DNA from: an uncultured Candidatus Saccharibacteria bacterium
Lineage (GTDB): Bacteria > Patescibacteriota > Minisyncoccia > Phycocordibacterales > CAIZLB01
NCBI GenBank assembly: GCA_964620475.1
Contig: CAZUJN010000001.1
Span: 83,497 to 147,496, forward strand
Direction: 5' to 3'
DNA: 64,000 nt
In this document: positions 28,567-39,682 of the stretch, piece after piece
Position numbering within the stretch: position 1 is the stretch's first letter
Layout: each line of letters opens with the position of its first letter
The notes under the pieces: model-generated
Database searches by the model: none
What the model was told of the DNA's origin: nothing
The model's input: the letters and a program-made list of their open reading frames with translations, nothing else
Made by a program: the position numbers and the translations under genes

Positions 28567-29037
28567 ATGAGAAGAAAAGTAAAGAACCGTAATATAGCTG
28601 GAGTAGATCCACGTTATAACTCATTAACACTTGGTAAATTTATCAACTATGTTATGTGGGACGGTAAAAAAAATACGGCAAGAAATGTTGTTTATGACAT
28701 GCTTGACGTTTTGAAAGATAAAACAGGAAATGAAAACCCTATAGAAGTTTTTGATACAGCTATAAAAAATGTATCTCCACAAGTAGAGGTTAGATCAAGA
28801 AGAGTCGGTGGTGCAAACTATCAGGTTCCTTATGAAATAAGACCAGAAAGAAGAACTTTTTTAGCTATGAACTGGATTATCGGTGCAGCTCGTAATAAAA
28901 AAGGTAAACCAATGCACTTAAAATTGTCAGATGAAATATTAGCTGCAGTTAAAGGTGAAGGTGAAGCTATGAAGAAGAAAGAGAATACACATAAGATGGC
29001 TGAAGCTAACAAAGCTTTCGCTCATATGGCTTGGTAA
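28567..29037 (+). CDS. rpsG: 30S ribosomal protein S7
   Basis: 156 aa. The S7 signature region ...SRRVGGANYQVP... is present. Confidence 0.9.
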   Translation: MRRKVKNRNIAGVDPRYNSLTLGKFINYVMWDGKKNTARNVVYDMLDVLKDKTGNENPIEVFDTAIKNVSPQVEVRSRRVGGANYQVPYEIRPERRTFLAMNWIIGAARNKKGKPMHLKLSDEILAAVKGEGEAMKKKENTHKMAEANKAFAHMAW

Positions 29038-29083
29038 TTATTAATAAGAACTTTAAAAATATAAATATAAAATATAAAAATAT

Positions 29084-31225
29084 ATGCAACGCGATTATCC
29101 ATTAGAAAAAACAAGAAACTTTGGTATTATTGCTCACATTGATGCTGGTAAAACTACTACATCAGAACGTGTGCTTTTCTATACCGGTATCACCCACAAA
29201 ATCGGTGAAGTGCATGAAGGTGAAGCTGTTACAGACTGGATGGAACAAGAAAGAGAAAGAGGTATTACTATTACTGCGGCTGCTATTACATGTTTTTGGA
29301 ATCCAACATACATGGGTACAGATACATCTAATAAACATAGATTTAACATTATTGACACACCAGGACACGTGGACTTTACAGTAGAAGTAGAAAGATCACT
29401 TAAAGTTCTTGACGGTGCTGTTACAGTTTTTGATGGCGTTGCTGGAGTAGAGCCTCAATCAGAAACAGTTTGGAGACAAGCTGATAAATATCATGTTCCA
29501 CGTATTTGTTTTATCAACAAACTTGATAGAACCGGTGGATCATTCGAAAGATCATTTAAATCAATCATAGATAGATTGAATAAAAATGCTATAAGAATGC
29601 AAATCCCTATGGGAGAAGAAGAAAACATGAAGGGTGTTATTGATCTTCTAAAAATGAAAGCATATACATTTGAAGGAGACATGGGTAATAAAGTTGTTGA
29701 AAGTGAAATCCCTGCAGAATTTCTAGAAGAAGCTACAAAACATAGAGCAACTCTAGTTGAAGCTGCTGCTTCACAAGACGATGATATGATGAATACATAT
29801 CTAGAAGGAGGTGAATTTACTATAGATCAACTTAAAGCCGCAATAAGAAAAGGAACATTGGCTAACAAAATATTCCCAGTATTTACAGGTACAGCTTTGA
29901 AAAACAAAGGAGTACAACTCGTTCTTGATGCTGTTATAGATTATCTACCATCTCCACTTGATGTACCACCAATAAAAGGTGTTGATCCAGAAACAGGTGA
30001 AGAAATAGAGAGAAAAGCATCAGATACAGAACCTTTTGCTGCCCTTGCTTTCAAATTACAGACAGATCCATTCGTAGGTCAGCTTACATTCTTCCGTGTT
30101 TATTCAGGATCAATAGAAGCTGGTTCATACATATATAACTCAACTACAGGTAATAAAGAGAGACTTGGACGTATAGTTAGACTACAAGCAAACAAAAGAG
30201 AAGAGGTTAAGAAAGTTTTTGCTGGAGAGATCGCGGCTGCTGTAGGTCTTAAAGAAGCCCTTACATCACATACTTTCTGTGATGAAGCTCATCCAATAAT
30301 ACTTGACCCTATAACTTTCGCAGAGCCAGTTGTGTCTCTATCAATAGAGCCAAAAACAAAAGCTGATCAAGAAAAAATGGGTATCGCTCTACAAAAACTT
30401 TCAGATGAAGATCCAACTTTCCGTGTTACTTCAAACCCAGAAACAGGTCAAACATTGATCGCGGGTATGGGTGAGTTACATTTGGAAATCATGATCGATC
30501 GTATGAAAAGAGAGTTCAATGTAGAAGCTAATGTTGGTCAACCACAAGTTGCTTACAGAGAAACTATTACAGGTCAAGCTGAAGCAGAACATAAATATGC
30601 AAAACAATCAGGAGGTAAAGGTCAATACGGTCACGTACGTATTACTATTAAACCACTTGAAGAATTAGCGGAAGGTACAAAACTTCCTAAAAATGTTCAT
30701 AGAGAGGCAGGATATGAATTTATCGATTCTATTAAAGGAGGTATTATCCCAGGTGAATTTATACCGGCTGTACAAAAAGGTGTTAAAGAAGCTATGGATA
30801 GAGGTATAGTTGCAGGATTCCCATTAACAAATGTATCTTGTGAATTAACATTCGGTTCATATCACGATGTGGACTCATCAGAAATAGCATATAAGATTGC
30901 TGCATCACAGGCTTTCCAAGAGGCAGCTCAAAAAGCTAGACCAGTTATCTTGGAACCAATCATGAAAGTAGAGGTTATAGTTCCAGAAAAATTCATGGGT
31001 GATGTAACAGGATCATTATCATCAAAGAGAGGTCAAATAGAGGGTATGGAAGATAGAGGTTTGAACAAAGTTATTAGAGCACTTGTTCCATTGTCAGAGA
31101 TGTTTGGTTACACAACACAACTTCGTTCTATGACAGAAGGTCGTGGTTCAAATACTATGGAATTCGCTAAATATGACATAGTTCCACCAAACGTTGAAAA
31201 ACAAATCGTTGACTCAAGAAAATAA
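29084..31225 (+). CDS. fusA: elongation factor G
   Basis: 713 aa. [17 protein letters not shown] and NKLDR GTPase motifs plus EF-G domains II-V. Confidence 0.95.
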   Translation: MQRDYPLEKTRNFGIIAHIDAGKTTTSERVLFYTGITHKIGEVHEGEAVTDWMEQERERGITITAAAITCFWNPTYMGTDTSNKHRFNIIDTPGHVDFTVEVERSLKVLDGAVTVFDGVAGVEPQSETVWRQADKYHVPRICFINKLDRTGGSFERSFKSIIDRLNKNAIRMQIPMGEEENMKGVIDLLKMKAYTFEGDMGNKVVESEIPAEFLEEATKHRATLVEAAASQDDDMMNTYLEGGEFTIDQLKAAIRKGTLANKIFPVFTGTALKNKGVQLVLDAVIDYLPSPLDVPPIKGVDPETGEEIERKASDTEPFAALAFKLQTDPFVGQLTFFRVYSGSIEAGSYIYNSTTGNKERLGRIVRLQANKREEVKKVFAGEIAAAVGLKEALTSHTFCDEAHPIILDPITFAEPVVSLSIEPKTKADQEKMGIALQKLSDEDPTFRVTSNPETGQTLIAGMGELHLEIMIDRMKREFNVEANVGQPQVAYRETITGQAEAEHKYAKQSGGKGQYGHVRITIKPLEELAEGTKLPKNVHREAGYEFIDSIKGGIIPGEFIPAVQKGVKEAMDRGIVAGFPLTNVSCELTFGSYHDVDSSEIAYKIAASQAFQEAAQKARPVILEPIMKVEVIVPEKFMGDVTGSLSSKRGQIEGMEDRGLNKVIRALVPLSEMFGYTTQLRSMTEGRGSNTMEFAKYDIVPPNVEKQIVDSRK

Positions 31226-31248
31226 TTAATATAATATAAAGAAACAAT

Positions 31249-31518
31249 ATGCCAATAACAAAATCAGCCAAAAAAGCCTTAAGACAAGGTGAAAGAAAAA
31301 AAGTTTTCAATCTAAGACGTAAGAAAAAAGTTGAAGACGTAGTAAAATCTGTAAAAAGATTAGTAAAAGAAGGTAAAGCCAAAGAAGCTAATGCTCTTTT
31401 ACCAAAAGCTTATTCAGCACTTGATAAAGCTGCAAAAGGTAACACTATAAAGAAAAATACTGCTGCAAGAAAGAAATCAAGATTAAACGCTATAGTTAAA
31501 AAAGCTGCTACAAAATAA
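31249..31518 (+). CDS. rpsT: 30S ribosomal protein S20
   Basis: 89 aa. MPITKSAKKALRQ...KNTAARKKSRL; basic, helical, S20-like. Confidence 0.8.
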   Translation: MPITKSAKKALRQGERKKVFNLRRKKKVEDVVKSVKRLVKEGKAKEANALLPKAYSALDKAAKGNTIKKNTAARKKSRLNAIVKKAATK

Positions 31519-31525
31519 TCATTAA

Positions 31526-31562
31526 AATAAAAATCCTCGTCATAACGAGGGTTTTTATTTTT
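31526..31562. terminator. bidirectional rho-independent terminator
   Basis: cctcgt-cataa-cgagg flanked by A and T runs. Confidence 0.6.
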
Positions 31563-32161
31563 TATCTACGATGATCTCTGTGCTTAATTGAAGCGTTCAT
31601 TATTTTATCTTTAACTATTATAGGGTCCGGTATTTCTTCAAATAAAAAGCGTTGTGAACTTCCGGCGGTTTGTATTTCTAGGTTTCCAAAATCAAAATAA
31701 GATTGAAGCACACCATTAACATGAACAGATATATCTTCTATGGAACTTAGATGTAACTCAGATACTTTTCTTTGAAAGAAACCTATTTGAGATATATCTA
31801 TAACTCTTTCGGTGGTAACAATCCATGTATCCAATGAGTGCATGGTCAATGTGTGAAATAAGTATGCCCAAAGAATCATTATGTATAAAGACCAAGCTAG
31901 GGTGAACATTGGTGCTAATTGGTATTTTATTAATAGTGGTGCAGCTACAACTATGATCAGAAAAGGTAATACTGATGCTATGATAGCTGTAAATATCGGT
32001 CTTATTAAAATAATCCAATGACGTCTGGTAAATACCAACATCTCTTCATTGTCTTTTTTTCCTTCAAAATGCATATTTGATTTCATCAAAAAATCAAACA
32101 TACCTCTTGTTTGAGATTTTATTTCACCATCTACTGTTTTTATTATTTCTTGATTATTCAT
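31562..32161 (-). CDS. membrane protein with a bacterial PH (YdbT/DUF304-like) domain
   Basis: 199 aa with two TM helices followed by a PH-like beta region; hypothetical. Confidence 0.4.
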   Translation of the reverse strand: MNNQEIIKTVDGEIKSQTRGMFDFLMKSNMHFEGKKDNEEMLVFTRRHWIILIRPIFTAIIASVLPFLIIVVAAPLLIKYQLAPMFTLAWSLYIMILWAYLFHTLTMHSLDTWIVTTERVIDISQIGFFQRKVSELHLSSIEDISVHVNGVLQSYFDFGNLEIQTAGSSQRFLFEEIPDPIIVKDKIMNASIKHRDHRR

Positions 32162-32162
32162 A

Positions 32163-32366
32163 TTAATTAACTGTGTATAATAACATTATTGTTAATGCGG
32201 TTAATACGATTGAACCCATCAACATTAAAAAAGCCACACGTCTCGGATGTGTTCCTATTCCAAAACGTATTAGATGATATAGTAATAGAAATATAACTGT
32301 CCAAAAACCCAATAAAAACAATACCACCACCACATTTATGATTTCAGGCATAGGTGTAATAAGCAT
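32163..32366 (-). CDS. small two-TM membrane protein, hypothetical
   Basis: 67 aa, hydrophobic. Confidence 0.25.
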   Translation of the reverse strand: MLITPMPEIINVVVVLFLLGFWTVIFLLLYHLIRFGIGTHPRRVAFLMLMGSIVLTALTIMLLYTVN

Positions 32367-32384
32367 AATCTAATTATAACAAGA

Positions 32385-32792
32385 TTATTCTTTGTTTGCT
32401 ATTTCTTGTTTTATTTTGTCTAATTCAATCTTTATGTGTTTTAAGGTTATTTCTTCTTCAGTTACAAGATCCTCTGTTCTTTCTTCTATCTTTTTCTCTC
32501 TTTTAAGTCCAGATATTAGTATTCTGTCTCCTATAAAATTAGATACCATTAAACCTGTTATAAGTAATATACCCATAGATACAAATATTTGAACTGGGGG
32601 ATAGAAGAACCAATTGAAAAATGCTATGTCAGATTTCCATAACATGTCTATAGATTCCCATATAGCTCTCCAAAACATGACAACTGCTGTTCCTGATATG
32701 AATGCATATACAAAAGGGTGATGACTTAATCCTTCTCTAGTTTTATCTTCTGTCTTATCGAAAAATTTTACTATTTTTTTTAATGTTGGCAT
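32385..32792 (-). CDS. membrane protein, hypothetical
   Basis: 135 aa with two TM helices and a charged coiled C-terminus. Confidence 0.3.
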   Translation of the reverse strand: MPTLKKIVKFFDKTEDKTREGLSHHPFVYAFISGTAVVMFWRAIWESIDMLWKSDIAFFNWFFYPPVQIFVSMGILLITGLMVSNFIGDRILISGLKREKKIEERTEDLVTEEEITLKHIKIELDKIKQEIANKE

Positions 32793-32797
32793 ATTTT

Positions 32798-33427
32798 TTA
32801 TTTTAAATTAATTTTTTGTATTTCTTTTTTTATTTTTCTACCATCTTGATCTACATCAAATATTATAATTTCATCAAAATCAAATTCAATATCAGCTATA
32901 TCTGTATCTGAAATATTCTCTATGTATTTTAATAAAGATCTAAGTGAGTTTCCATGGCCAACGACTAATACATTTTTACCCTTATTTAACAAAGGTAAAA
33001 TCTCTTTTTTATAATAAGGTATAACTCTATTGTATACCATTTCCAATGATTCACCTTTTGGTGGAATAAAATCCCAAGATCTACGTAATTTATGAAATTT
33101 ATCTTCTCCTAGAAGTTTCTCCATTTCCCATTTATTGTTTCCTGTGTACTCACCATAATCTCTTTCATTTAATTCTGATGCATGTTTAGTTGGAACATCA
33201 TAAAGCTCGCAACTATTTAATACGCATGAAAGTGTCTCTATGGTTCTAACCTCCATCGATGCAAAAGCATTATCTATACTAATATTTAAGTCTTTTATAA
33301 AAAGACCTGCTTTATTTGATCTATCAAAACCATCTTCACTAAGATGTATATCTCTTTTTCCAGTCCAACGACCAACCTTATTCCATTCTGATTCTTGATG
33401 TCTTATCAATATAAGTTTTCCTGTCAT
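32798..33427 (-). CDS. gpm: histidine phosphatase family phosphoglycerate mutase
   Basis: 209 aa. LIRHQESEWN (RHG-type motif) and HGNSLRSL. Confidence 0.7.
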   Translation of the reverse strand: MTGKLILIRHQESEWNKVGRWTGKRDIHLSEDGFDRSNKAGLFIKDLNISIDNAFASMEVRTIETLSCVLNSCELYDVPTKHASELNERDYGEYTGNNKWEMEKLLGEDKFHKLRRSWDFIPPKGESLEMVYNRVIPYYKKEILPLLNKGKNVLVVGHGNSLRSLLKYIENISDTDIADIEFDFDEIIIFDVDQDGRKIKKEIQKINLK

Positions 33428-33453
33428 AATATGCTTATATTAACATATTATTT

Positions 33454-34584
33454 TTATTTTATACCACTACCTATAGCCTCTTTTATGTTTTTGAATCCTT
33501 TTTCTTTTAATAATTGTGCTAGTTCTTGATTGATTTGAGATATTGCTTGAGGTCCTTCGAAGATCATACCTGTTATCATTTGTACGAGGGAGGCACCGTT
33601 TATTATTTTTTCATAGGCATCTTTTCCTGAAGATATTCCTCCAACTCCTATAAGGAGGTATTTATTATTAGTTTTTTTGTAAATATTAGCTAAAAGTTTA
33701 TTTGATAAATCTTCTACAGCCTTACCACTGATACCACCTTTTTCAGTTATATTTTTTTCCTCGTCATCTATTTTTGGATTATTTCTATTTTTGGTTAAAT
33801 TACTGCAGATGATTCCATGTATTCTGTGTTTATCCAATATATCTAATATGGTATTAGTTTCTTCTTCATTTATATCAGGGGATAATTTTATGAAAATTTT
33901 CTTGTCAGTATCTATTTTATCTATATTTTCCAATAGTTTTTCTAAGTTCTCCGGTTTTATAAAAGGTTGACCGCCTAGAGCATTAGGACATGATATATTG
34001 ATGGTTATATAGTCACCATATTCTTTCATTATGTTAAATGCTTTTATATAATCGTTTATAGCATTGTCTATTTCTAAGTTTTTATAACAATTTGTCATTG
34101 CTATATTTATACCTAAGGGTATTTTTGAGATAGATGATTTTATTGTATGAGATATTCTTTCAGCCCCTTTGTTTTTAAGACCATAATATACTATAAGACT
34201 TTTTGATTTTGGCATACGCCATAATCGGGGTTTTGGGTTACCATCACAATATTCACCAGTTATTGATCCTACCTCTATAAATCCAAAACCCACAGCCGGT
34301 AATATGTTTATAAGTTCTGCATTTTTGTCAAAACCCGCTGATAAACCTATGGGGTTTTCATATTCTTTTTCAAATATATTTTGATTTAATATAGGGTTTT
34401 TGTAATAGAAAAAAGCTTTAGTTATAAGTCTAAATAAGGAATATTTACCTAAAAATGCACCAACTTTTGTCATCTGATCATGTATATCTTCAGGATCCAT
34501 AAGGAAAAATATGGGTTTAAGGAGATATTTATAAAGAATGGATATTATAAGATTTCTTATTTTTATAAAAAGCTCATATATCAT
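33454..34584 (-). CDS. pyrD: dihydroorotate dehydrogenase (class 2, quinone-dependent type)
   Basis: 376 aa. NPIGLSAGFDKNAE, GFGFIEVGSIT, an N-terminal membrane-association extension and a C-terminal LIGVGGISSG. Confidence 0.8.
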   Translation of the reverse strand: MIYELFIKIRNLIISILYKYLLKPIFFLMDPEDIHDQMTKVGAFLGKYSLFRLITKAFFYYKNPILNQNIFEKEYENPIGLSAGFDKNAELINILPAVGFGFIEVGSITGEYCDGNPKPRLWRMPKSKSLIVYYGLKNKGAERISHTIKSSISKIPLGINIAMTNCYKNLEIDNAINDYIKAFNIMKEYGDYITINISCPNALGGQPFIKPENLEKLLENIDKIDTDKKIFIKLSPDINEEETNTILDILDKHRIHGIICSNLTKNRNNPKIDDEEKNITEKGGISGKAVEDLSNKLLANIYKKTNNKYLLIGVGGISSGKDAYEKIINGASLVQMITGMIFEGPQAISQINQELAQLLKEKGFKNIKEAIGSGIK

Positions 34585-34588
34585 ATTG

Positions 34589-34660
34589 TGCTCCCGCTAG
34601 GAATCGAACCTAGATTTAGAGTTCCGCAAACTCTTGTCCTATCCATTGAACGACAGGAGC
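34589..34660 (-). tRNA. tRNA-Arg with anticodon GCG (unusual)
   Basis: 72 nt. Acceptor gctcctg/cgggagc with one G-U pair, anticodon arm agagt-ttGCGga-actct, T arm ctagg-ttcgatt-cctag, 4-nt variable loop, no CCA. Confidence 0.75.
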
Positions 34661-34687
34661 ATGCTAAACACTATACAACAAAATAGC

Positions 34688-35173
34688 TTAAAAACCAAGA
34701 TATTCCAATATAGTATGGAAAATAGACTCTTTCATTCTTTCTTCCGGCAATATTTTTACCAATTCTTCATGTATGCTGTGTATGTCTTTTCCTGTAACTT
34801 CTATAGGCAGGGTCAATATTAACAAAGGATCATATAAATCACCGGTTTTACTAAATAATATACGAGAACTAATGTGATTTTCTCTATTATCTTCTATCCA
34901 AAATGATCTTAGTTCTGAGAAATTCCATGTTTTTTGATTTATACGAACCCCTGTTGTGTTTATCTCAAAACGTAATATTCTAGGCTCTTTAAATGCATGT
35001 AATAGTAATACCAATGTAGATACAATAACCAAAATACCAAAAGTTAAATTACTGAACATAAAAGATATTAAGGCTATTGTTACAGAAATTATACCAACAG
35101 ACCATTTCCAATCTTTGTCCTTAGTAAAATACATATAGTTGTACTCTTCCCATATCATTGGTAATTTACTCAT
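34688..35173 (-). CDS. membrane protein, hypothetical
   Basis: 161 aa. Two TM helices, then a PH-like domain. Confidence 0.35.
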   Translation of the reverse strand: MSKLPMIWEEYNYMYFTKDKDWKWSVGIISVTIALISFMFSNLTFGILVIVSTLVLLLHAFKEPRILRFEINTTGVRINQKTWNFSELRSFWIEDNRENHISSRILFSKTGDLYDPLLILTLPIEVTGKDIHSIHEELVKILPEERMKESIFHTILEYLGF

Positions 35174-35187
35174 GATATTATTATACT

Positions 35188-38100
35188 ATGTTTCTAATCA
35201 TAATTGTAGTGATAGGTATTATTTTTTATCTAGCACAAATAAATTCTAGAATAAATATCTTAGAAGAAAAATTAAAAGGTAATTTTATTAAAGAGAGTGC
35301 TCCTGTTGGGGTATCTGAGATTAAACCCACAGTTGAACCCGTGATAGAACAATCTCAATTTACAGAGTATAAAAAACCTGAGATTGCTGTATCTCATCAG
35401 GATACATTTGCAAAAAACCTGGCACGTTTCGGTATAACTATATTAGTATTAGGAATAATATTTTTCTTAAAGTATATAGACAGTCAAGGATTAATCGGTC
35501 CAGTATTCAAATACGTTTCAGGGTTATCTCTAGGAGTAATATTATTAGGTATTGCTGAGTATCTACGTAGTCAAAATAAGCATTATACAAATCTTCTTCG
35601 TGGAGGAGCATTTATAATAATGTATATAACAGCATTTGTTGGTTATATATTGTTCCATATAGTTTCTTTGCCGGTAACTTTAACTTTGATTTCTATAGTA
35701 CTTATAATCTCAACAATTATTTCATTTAAAGAAAATGATTTTATACCTTTTACTGTTGGTGTTGGTGGCGCCTATTTAACAACATTCTCACTACTTGCTG
35801 ATATAGGTGTAAATAAAGATACATATATAAGTGTATTGTTATATTTATTTATATTAAATATAGCTATATTATTTGTATCTTTGTATAAGACTTGGATTAA
35901 AGATGTGGTTATTGGATTTGTCTCAACATGGATTATTTTCTCATCTATCTTCTATGTAAATGAATTCAATAAAAATATATTATTTATATTTGCAACTCTT
36001 TATGGTCTGCAATATCTAATAGTATTTTTAATACAAGATTTTAAAAATGCCAGAGAAAAAGTATTTGAATTAGTAGACAGTACTGTGTTTTTAACTGTTA
36101 TAAATACTCTGGTATATACAACTTTATTGTATCAATTGATTGTGAAAACATTTTGGTTTGATTATGTAGGCTATATAGTGGCTTTATTGGGTGTATTCCA
36201 TCTTGCTATTTATGCTCTATTGCGATCAGTTAAAGATAAACAAAATAATATAATAGACTTAACTCACTTTGTTGTCGGTGTATTGTTATTATCAGCATCA
36301 GTTTCATTACAATTCGATGGGCCTGCTGTTACCATGATATGGTTCCTTGAAGGAGTGGTGTTGTCATTTATGACAGTGTTAAGAGATTTTAAAGATAAAT
36401 CTTTGATGTATATTTTAGGATTTTCTGCTGTTGTAGCTGGTATCATGCATATGATAATTGTAGGTGACTATAAGACAGTTATGGATAATGGATTGATGTT
36501 TATAAATCAAGGTTATATTGTGTGGTTTGCTGTGTTCTTGTTGATAAATCTTGTTGCATATATATGGTATGGATCAGTTTCTGATTCTGTTGATGAGTTG
36601 TTTAAAAAAGATATACACAAGATATCATTTGTGTTGATAATAATTGGCCAAGTTTTATTTGTCGGGTTAACTTCATTTGAAATACAAGAATTTGGTAGTT
36701 ATAGAAGTCAAAAAGAGTATACAAGAATAAATCAGCAAGATGAGATGAATTTTAAATTAGATGTATCAAATAATTTTGCTCACAAATATGATGAAATACA
36801 AAATATAGAAAGAGAGACTACATTTATGCAACTTGTATTATTTATTATAATGACCATTATATATTTCTTAATTGGTTTGATAAGAAAGAATAGGGTGGTT
36901 AGAAATATGGGTATTATTACATTGATTATAACCACAGCACTTTTGATTGGTTTAACATGGGAACTTGGTCCAGTATATAGGATTATAACTTTTGTTGGAT
37001 TTGGTATAGCGCTATTGATAGTGTCTTACTTATATATTTCTAAAAATAAAAAAATAGATATTGCCAAGACTTTAATTCTATTTATGTTATTAACATTTGC
37101 TGTAAACATACAAGCGAAAGTTATAGATATAAAAGAATGGTCAAGTATATCTCAAATAAAATCATCTGAAATATCAGTTAGCACATCAAGTGATAATCAT
37201 GGTTTATATATATTACCTATAAAAAAAGATATATTAGATAGATCAAAGAAAAATGATTTATCTGATATAAGGATAATAGATAAAGATAATAATGAAATAC
37301 CTTATATAATTGTAAAATCAAATCAAAATACCCAAACTGTAAATCAAGAAAATTTTCAGGCAAAGATTTTAGAAAATAGTCTAAGTGGGGGTGGTAAGAA
37401 GGTCGTTGTAATAGATACCGGTAGAGAAGGTTTGCTTTATAATAAAGTGATTTTTACACATGATATAAAAGATATAAATTTCAGAAAGACTGTTAAAGTC
37501 TATATATCTGATGTATCTATAAGATCAGGTTCAACAGCTTGGAAAGAGTTGGAACAAAAGAGTGTTATATATAATTATACAGATAAAGATAATTTTTCTG
37601 TAGAAAAAACATATATAGATTTGAATGATATATCTTCTAGATATATAAAATTTGAATTAACCGATGATGATGAATTTTCAAAAGACATAAAAGTTAATAA
37701 TAAGGTAAATATAAATAAGGTTGAAATACAATATCAAAAAGATGAAGAAAAAGATCTGGGTGTTAAGGTAAAAGATTATCTGTCTGGAAATTTTCAATTT
37801 GATAGTGCAGAAGTATTTCAAGATGTAAAATTATTAGATAATAAAAGTGAGAATAATAGATCATCGTATATTTTTGAAGGGGGAATAAATATAGAAGAAA
37901 TAACTCTCAATATAGATTCAGCAGATCTAAATTTTAACAGAAATGTTGTTATACAAGGATCAAATGATGATATCAATTGGTCAGATATAGGTAATGGAAA
38001 TATATATCGTATAGATTCCCCTCTTTACACAGGAGAGAAAACATCTATAAAAACAAATATCTCTACATATAAGAAAATAAAAGTTATTATTCAAGATAAT

Positions 38101-38451
38101 AATGATAAACCTCTAAATCTTAAAAAATATTCCAAAATAAAATTACAAAATAATGGTTTATTGTTTAAGTTGGAAAATGTTAATCCTGGGGAAATACGGG
38201 TTATTATAGGTAATAATACAGAGCTGGCACCGGTTTATGATATGAGAAATATTATAAATTATTTCGAAGATGTTACTCCAAAAATAGTTGATTATGATGA
38301 AGTTGTTAAAAATCCGAAACATGATCCGGCTCAAACTATACCTTTTGGTGAAAGAAATAAAGTTCTACTAAATATTGGCTTAATCATATTTATAGTTATA
38401 ATAGGTATATTCGGATTCTTTTGGATGAAGAAGGATAAAATAAATGAATAA
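35188..38451 (+). CDS. very large polytopic membrane protein (about 18 TM helices, DUF2339-like) with a ~440-aa extracytoplasmic C-terminal domain and a terminal anchor helix
   Basis: 1087 aa, judged from the hydrophobicity pattern; no catalytic motif recognised. Confidence 0.45.
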   Translation: MFLIIIVVIGIIFYLAQINSRINILEEKLKGNFIKESAPVGVSEIKPTVEPVIEQSQFTEYKKPEIAVSHQDTFAKNLARFGITILVLGIIFFLKYIDSQGLIGPVFKYVSGLSLGVILLGIAEYLRSQNKHYTNLLRGGAFIIMYITAFVGYILFHIVSLPVTLTLISIVLIISTIISFKENDFIPFTVGVGGAYLTTFSLLADIGVNKDTYISVLLYLFILNIAILFVSLYKTWIKDVVIGFVSTWIIFSSIFYVNEFNKNILFIFATLYGLQYLIVFLIQDFKNAREKVFELVDSTVFLTVINTLVYTTLLYQLIVKTFWFDYVGYIVALLGVFHLAIYALLRSVKDKQNNIIDLTHFVVGVLLLSASVSLQFDGPAVTMIWFLEGVVLSFMTVLRDFKDKSLMYILGFSAVVAGIMHMIIVGDYKTVMDNGLMFINQGYIVWFAVFLLINLVAYIWYGSVSDSVDELFKKDIHKISFVLIIIGQVLFVGLTSFEIQEFGSYRSQKEYTRINQQDEMNFKLDVSNNFAHKYDEIQNIERETTFMQLVLFIIMTIIYFLIGLIRKNRVVRNMGIITLIITTALLIGLTWELGPVYRIITFVGFGIALLIVSYLYISKNKKIDIAKTLILFMLLTFAVNIQAKVIDIKEWSSISQIKSSEISVSTSSDNHGLYILPIKKDILDRSKKNDLSDIRIIDKDNNEIPYIIVKSNQNTQTVNQENFQAKILENSLSGGGKKVVVIDTGREGLLYNKVIFTHDIKDINFRKTVKVYISDVSIRSGSTAWKELEQKSVIYNYTDKDNFSVEKTYIDLNDISSRYIKFELTDDDEFSKDIKVNNKVNINKVEIQYQKDEEKDLGVKVKDYLSGNFQFDSAEVFQDVKLLDNKSENNRSSYIFEGGINIEEITLNIDSADLNFNRNVVIQGSNDDINWSDIGNGNIYRIDSPLYTGEKTSIKTNISTYKKIKVIIQDNNDKPLNLKKYSKIKLQNNGLLFKLENVNPGEIRVIIGNNTELAPVYDMRNIINYFEDVTPKIVDYDEVVKNPKHDPAQTIPFGERNKVLLNIGLIIFIVIIGIFGFFWMKKDKINE

Positions 38452-39682
38452 TAAGATATATGATGTGATTATAATAGGTGGTGGGGCAGCGGGCATGATG
38501 GCTGCTGCTTCTATTGATCGTGGAAATAAAGTTCTGCTTATAGAGAAAAATGAAAATCTCGGTAAAAAACTTCTGATAACTGGAGGAGGAAGATGTAATG
38601 TGACTAATGCTGAATTTGACCTAAGAAAACTTTTGAAAAATTATAAAAAAGCTGAACCATTTCTGTATTCAGCTTTTACTCAATATGGGGTTGAAGATTC
38701 TCTAAAATATTTCAATGATAGAAATATGCCAACTAAAGTAGAAGAATATGGTCGTGTGTTTCCGGTATCTGATTCCGCTAAAAGTGTTTTTAATGTTTTA
38801 TTAAACGATATAAAGAAAAATAAAAATCTAGAAATACTAAGTAATGCCCCGGTTAAAGATATATTATTTTCTAATGGAAAAATAGATGGTGTTAAAATCC
38901 AAAAAGAAATATATAAGGCAAGAAGATATATATTGGCAACCGGTGGGACATCTCACCCTGAGACTGGATCAACAGGTGATGCATATATATGGCTCAAAAA
39001 TATGGGTCACACTGTTCATAATCCAAAACCATCTCTAGTTCCACTTCGTTCTCATGATAAATGGATAAAAGACATACAGGGTTTAACCTTACAAGGTATA
39101 AAAATAAACTTATATGCTGGGGACAAAAAGATAGATTCTAAAAAAGGTAAGATATTGTTCACTCATTTTGGTGTATCTGGTCCAACTATATTAAACATGA
39201 GTAAACAAATTAGCGATCTCTTAGATAAAAAAGAAAAAGTGTATATAGGTATAGACCTTATGAATCAATATGATCACGGAAATCTTAATAAGTTTTTAAA
39301 TGAAATATTGCAAAATAATCCAAGAAAAAAAGTTGTAAATATTTTATCTGATATTTTAAATAAAAATTTAGTAAATATTATTTTGGAGAATTCCAAAATA
39401 GATAAAGATTTAAATGGAAACAGTATAACAAAGGATATGCGAATTTCTCTTATAGAAAATATTAAAAATCTGAAAATAAATATAAATGGTTTACTTGATG
39501 AAAATGATGCAATCATAGCAGATGGTGGAGTAGATCTTAAAGAGATTGATTTTAAAAATATGCAATCTAAGGTTATTAAAAATCTTTATATAGTCGGTGA
39601 TCTTTTGAATATTGATAGACCTTCGGGTGGATATAGTTTACAAATATGTTGGACTACTGGGTATTTGGCAGGGAGGGGGTAG
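38444..39682 (+). CDS. HI0933/YhiN-like FAD-dependent oxidoreductase (aminoacetone oxidase family)
   Basis: 412 aa. DVIIIGGGAAGMMAA dinucleotide fold, and GGGRCNVTN. Confidence 0.75.
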   Translation: MNNKIYDVIIIGGGAAGMMAAASIDRGNKVLLIEKNENLGKKLLITGGGRCNVTNAEFDLRKLLKNYKKAEPFLYSAFTQYGVEDSLKYFNDRNMPTKVEEYGRVFPVSDSAKSVFNVLLNDIKKNKNLEILSNAPVKDILFSNGKIDGVKIQKEIYKARRYILATGGTSHPETGSTGDAYIWLKNMGHTVHNPKPSLVPLRSHDKWIKDIQGLTLQGIKINLYAGDKKIDSKKGKILFTHFGVSGPTILNMSKQISDLLDKKEKVYIGIDLMNQYDHGNLNKFLNEILQNNPRKKVVNILSDILNKNLVNIILENSKIDKDLNGNSITKDMRISLIENIKNLKININGLLDENDAIIADGGVDLKEIDFKNMQSKVIKNLYIVGDLLNIDRPSGGYSLQICWTTGYLAGRG

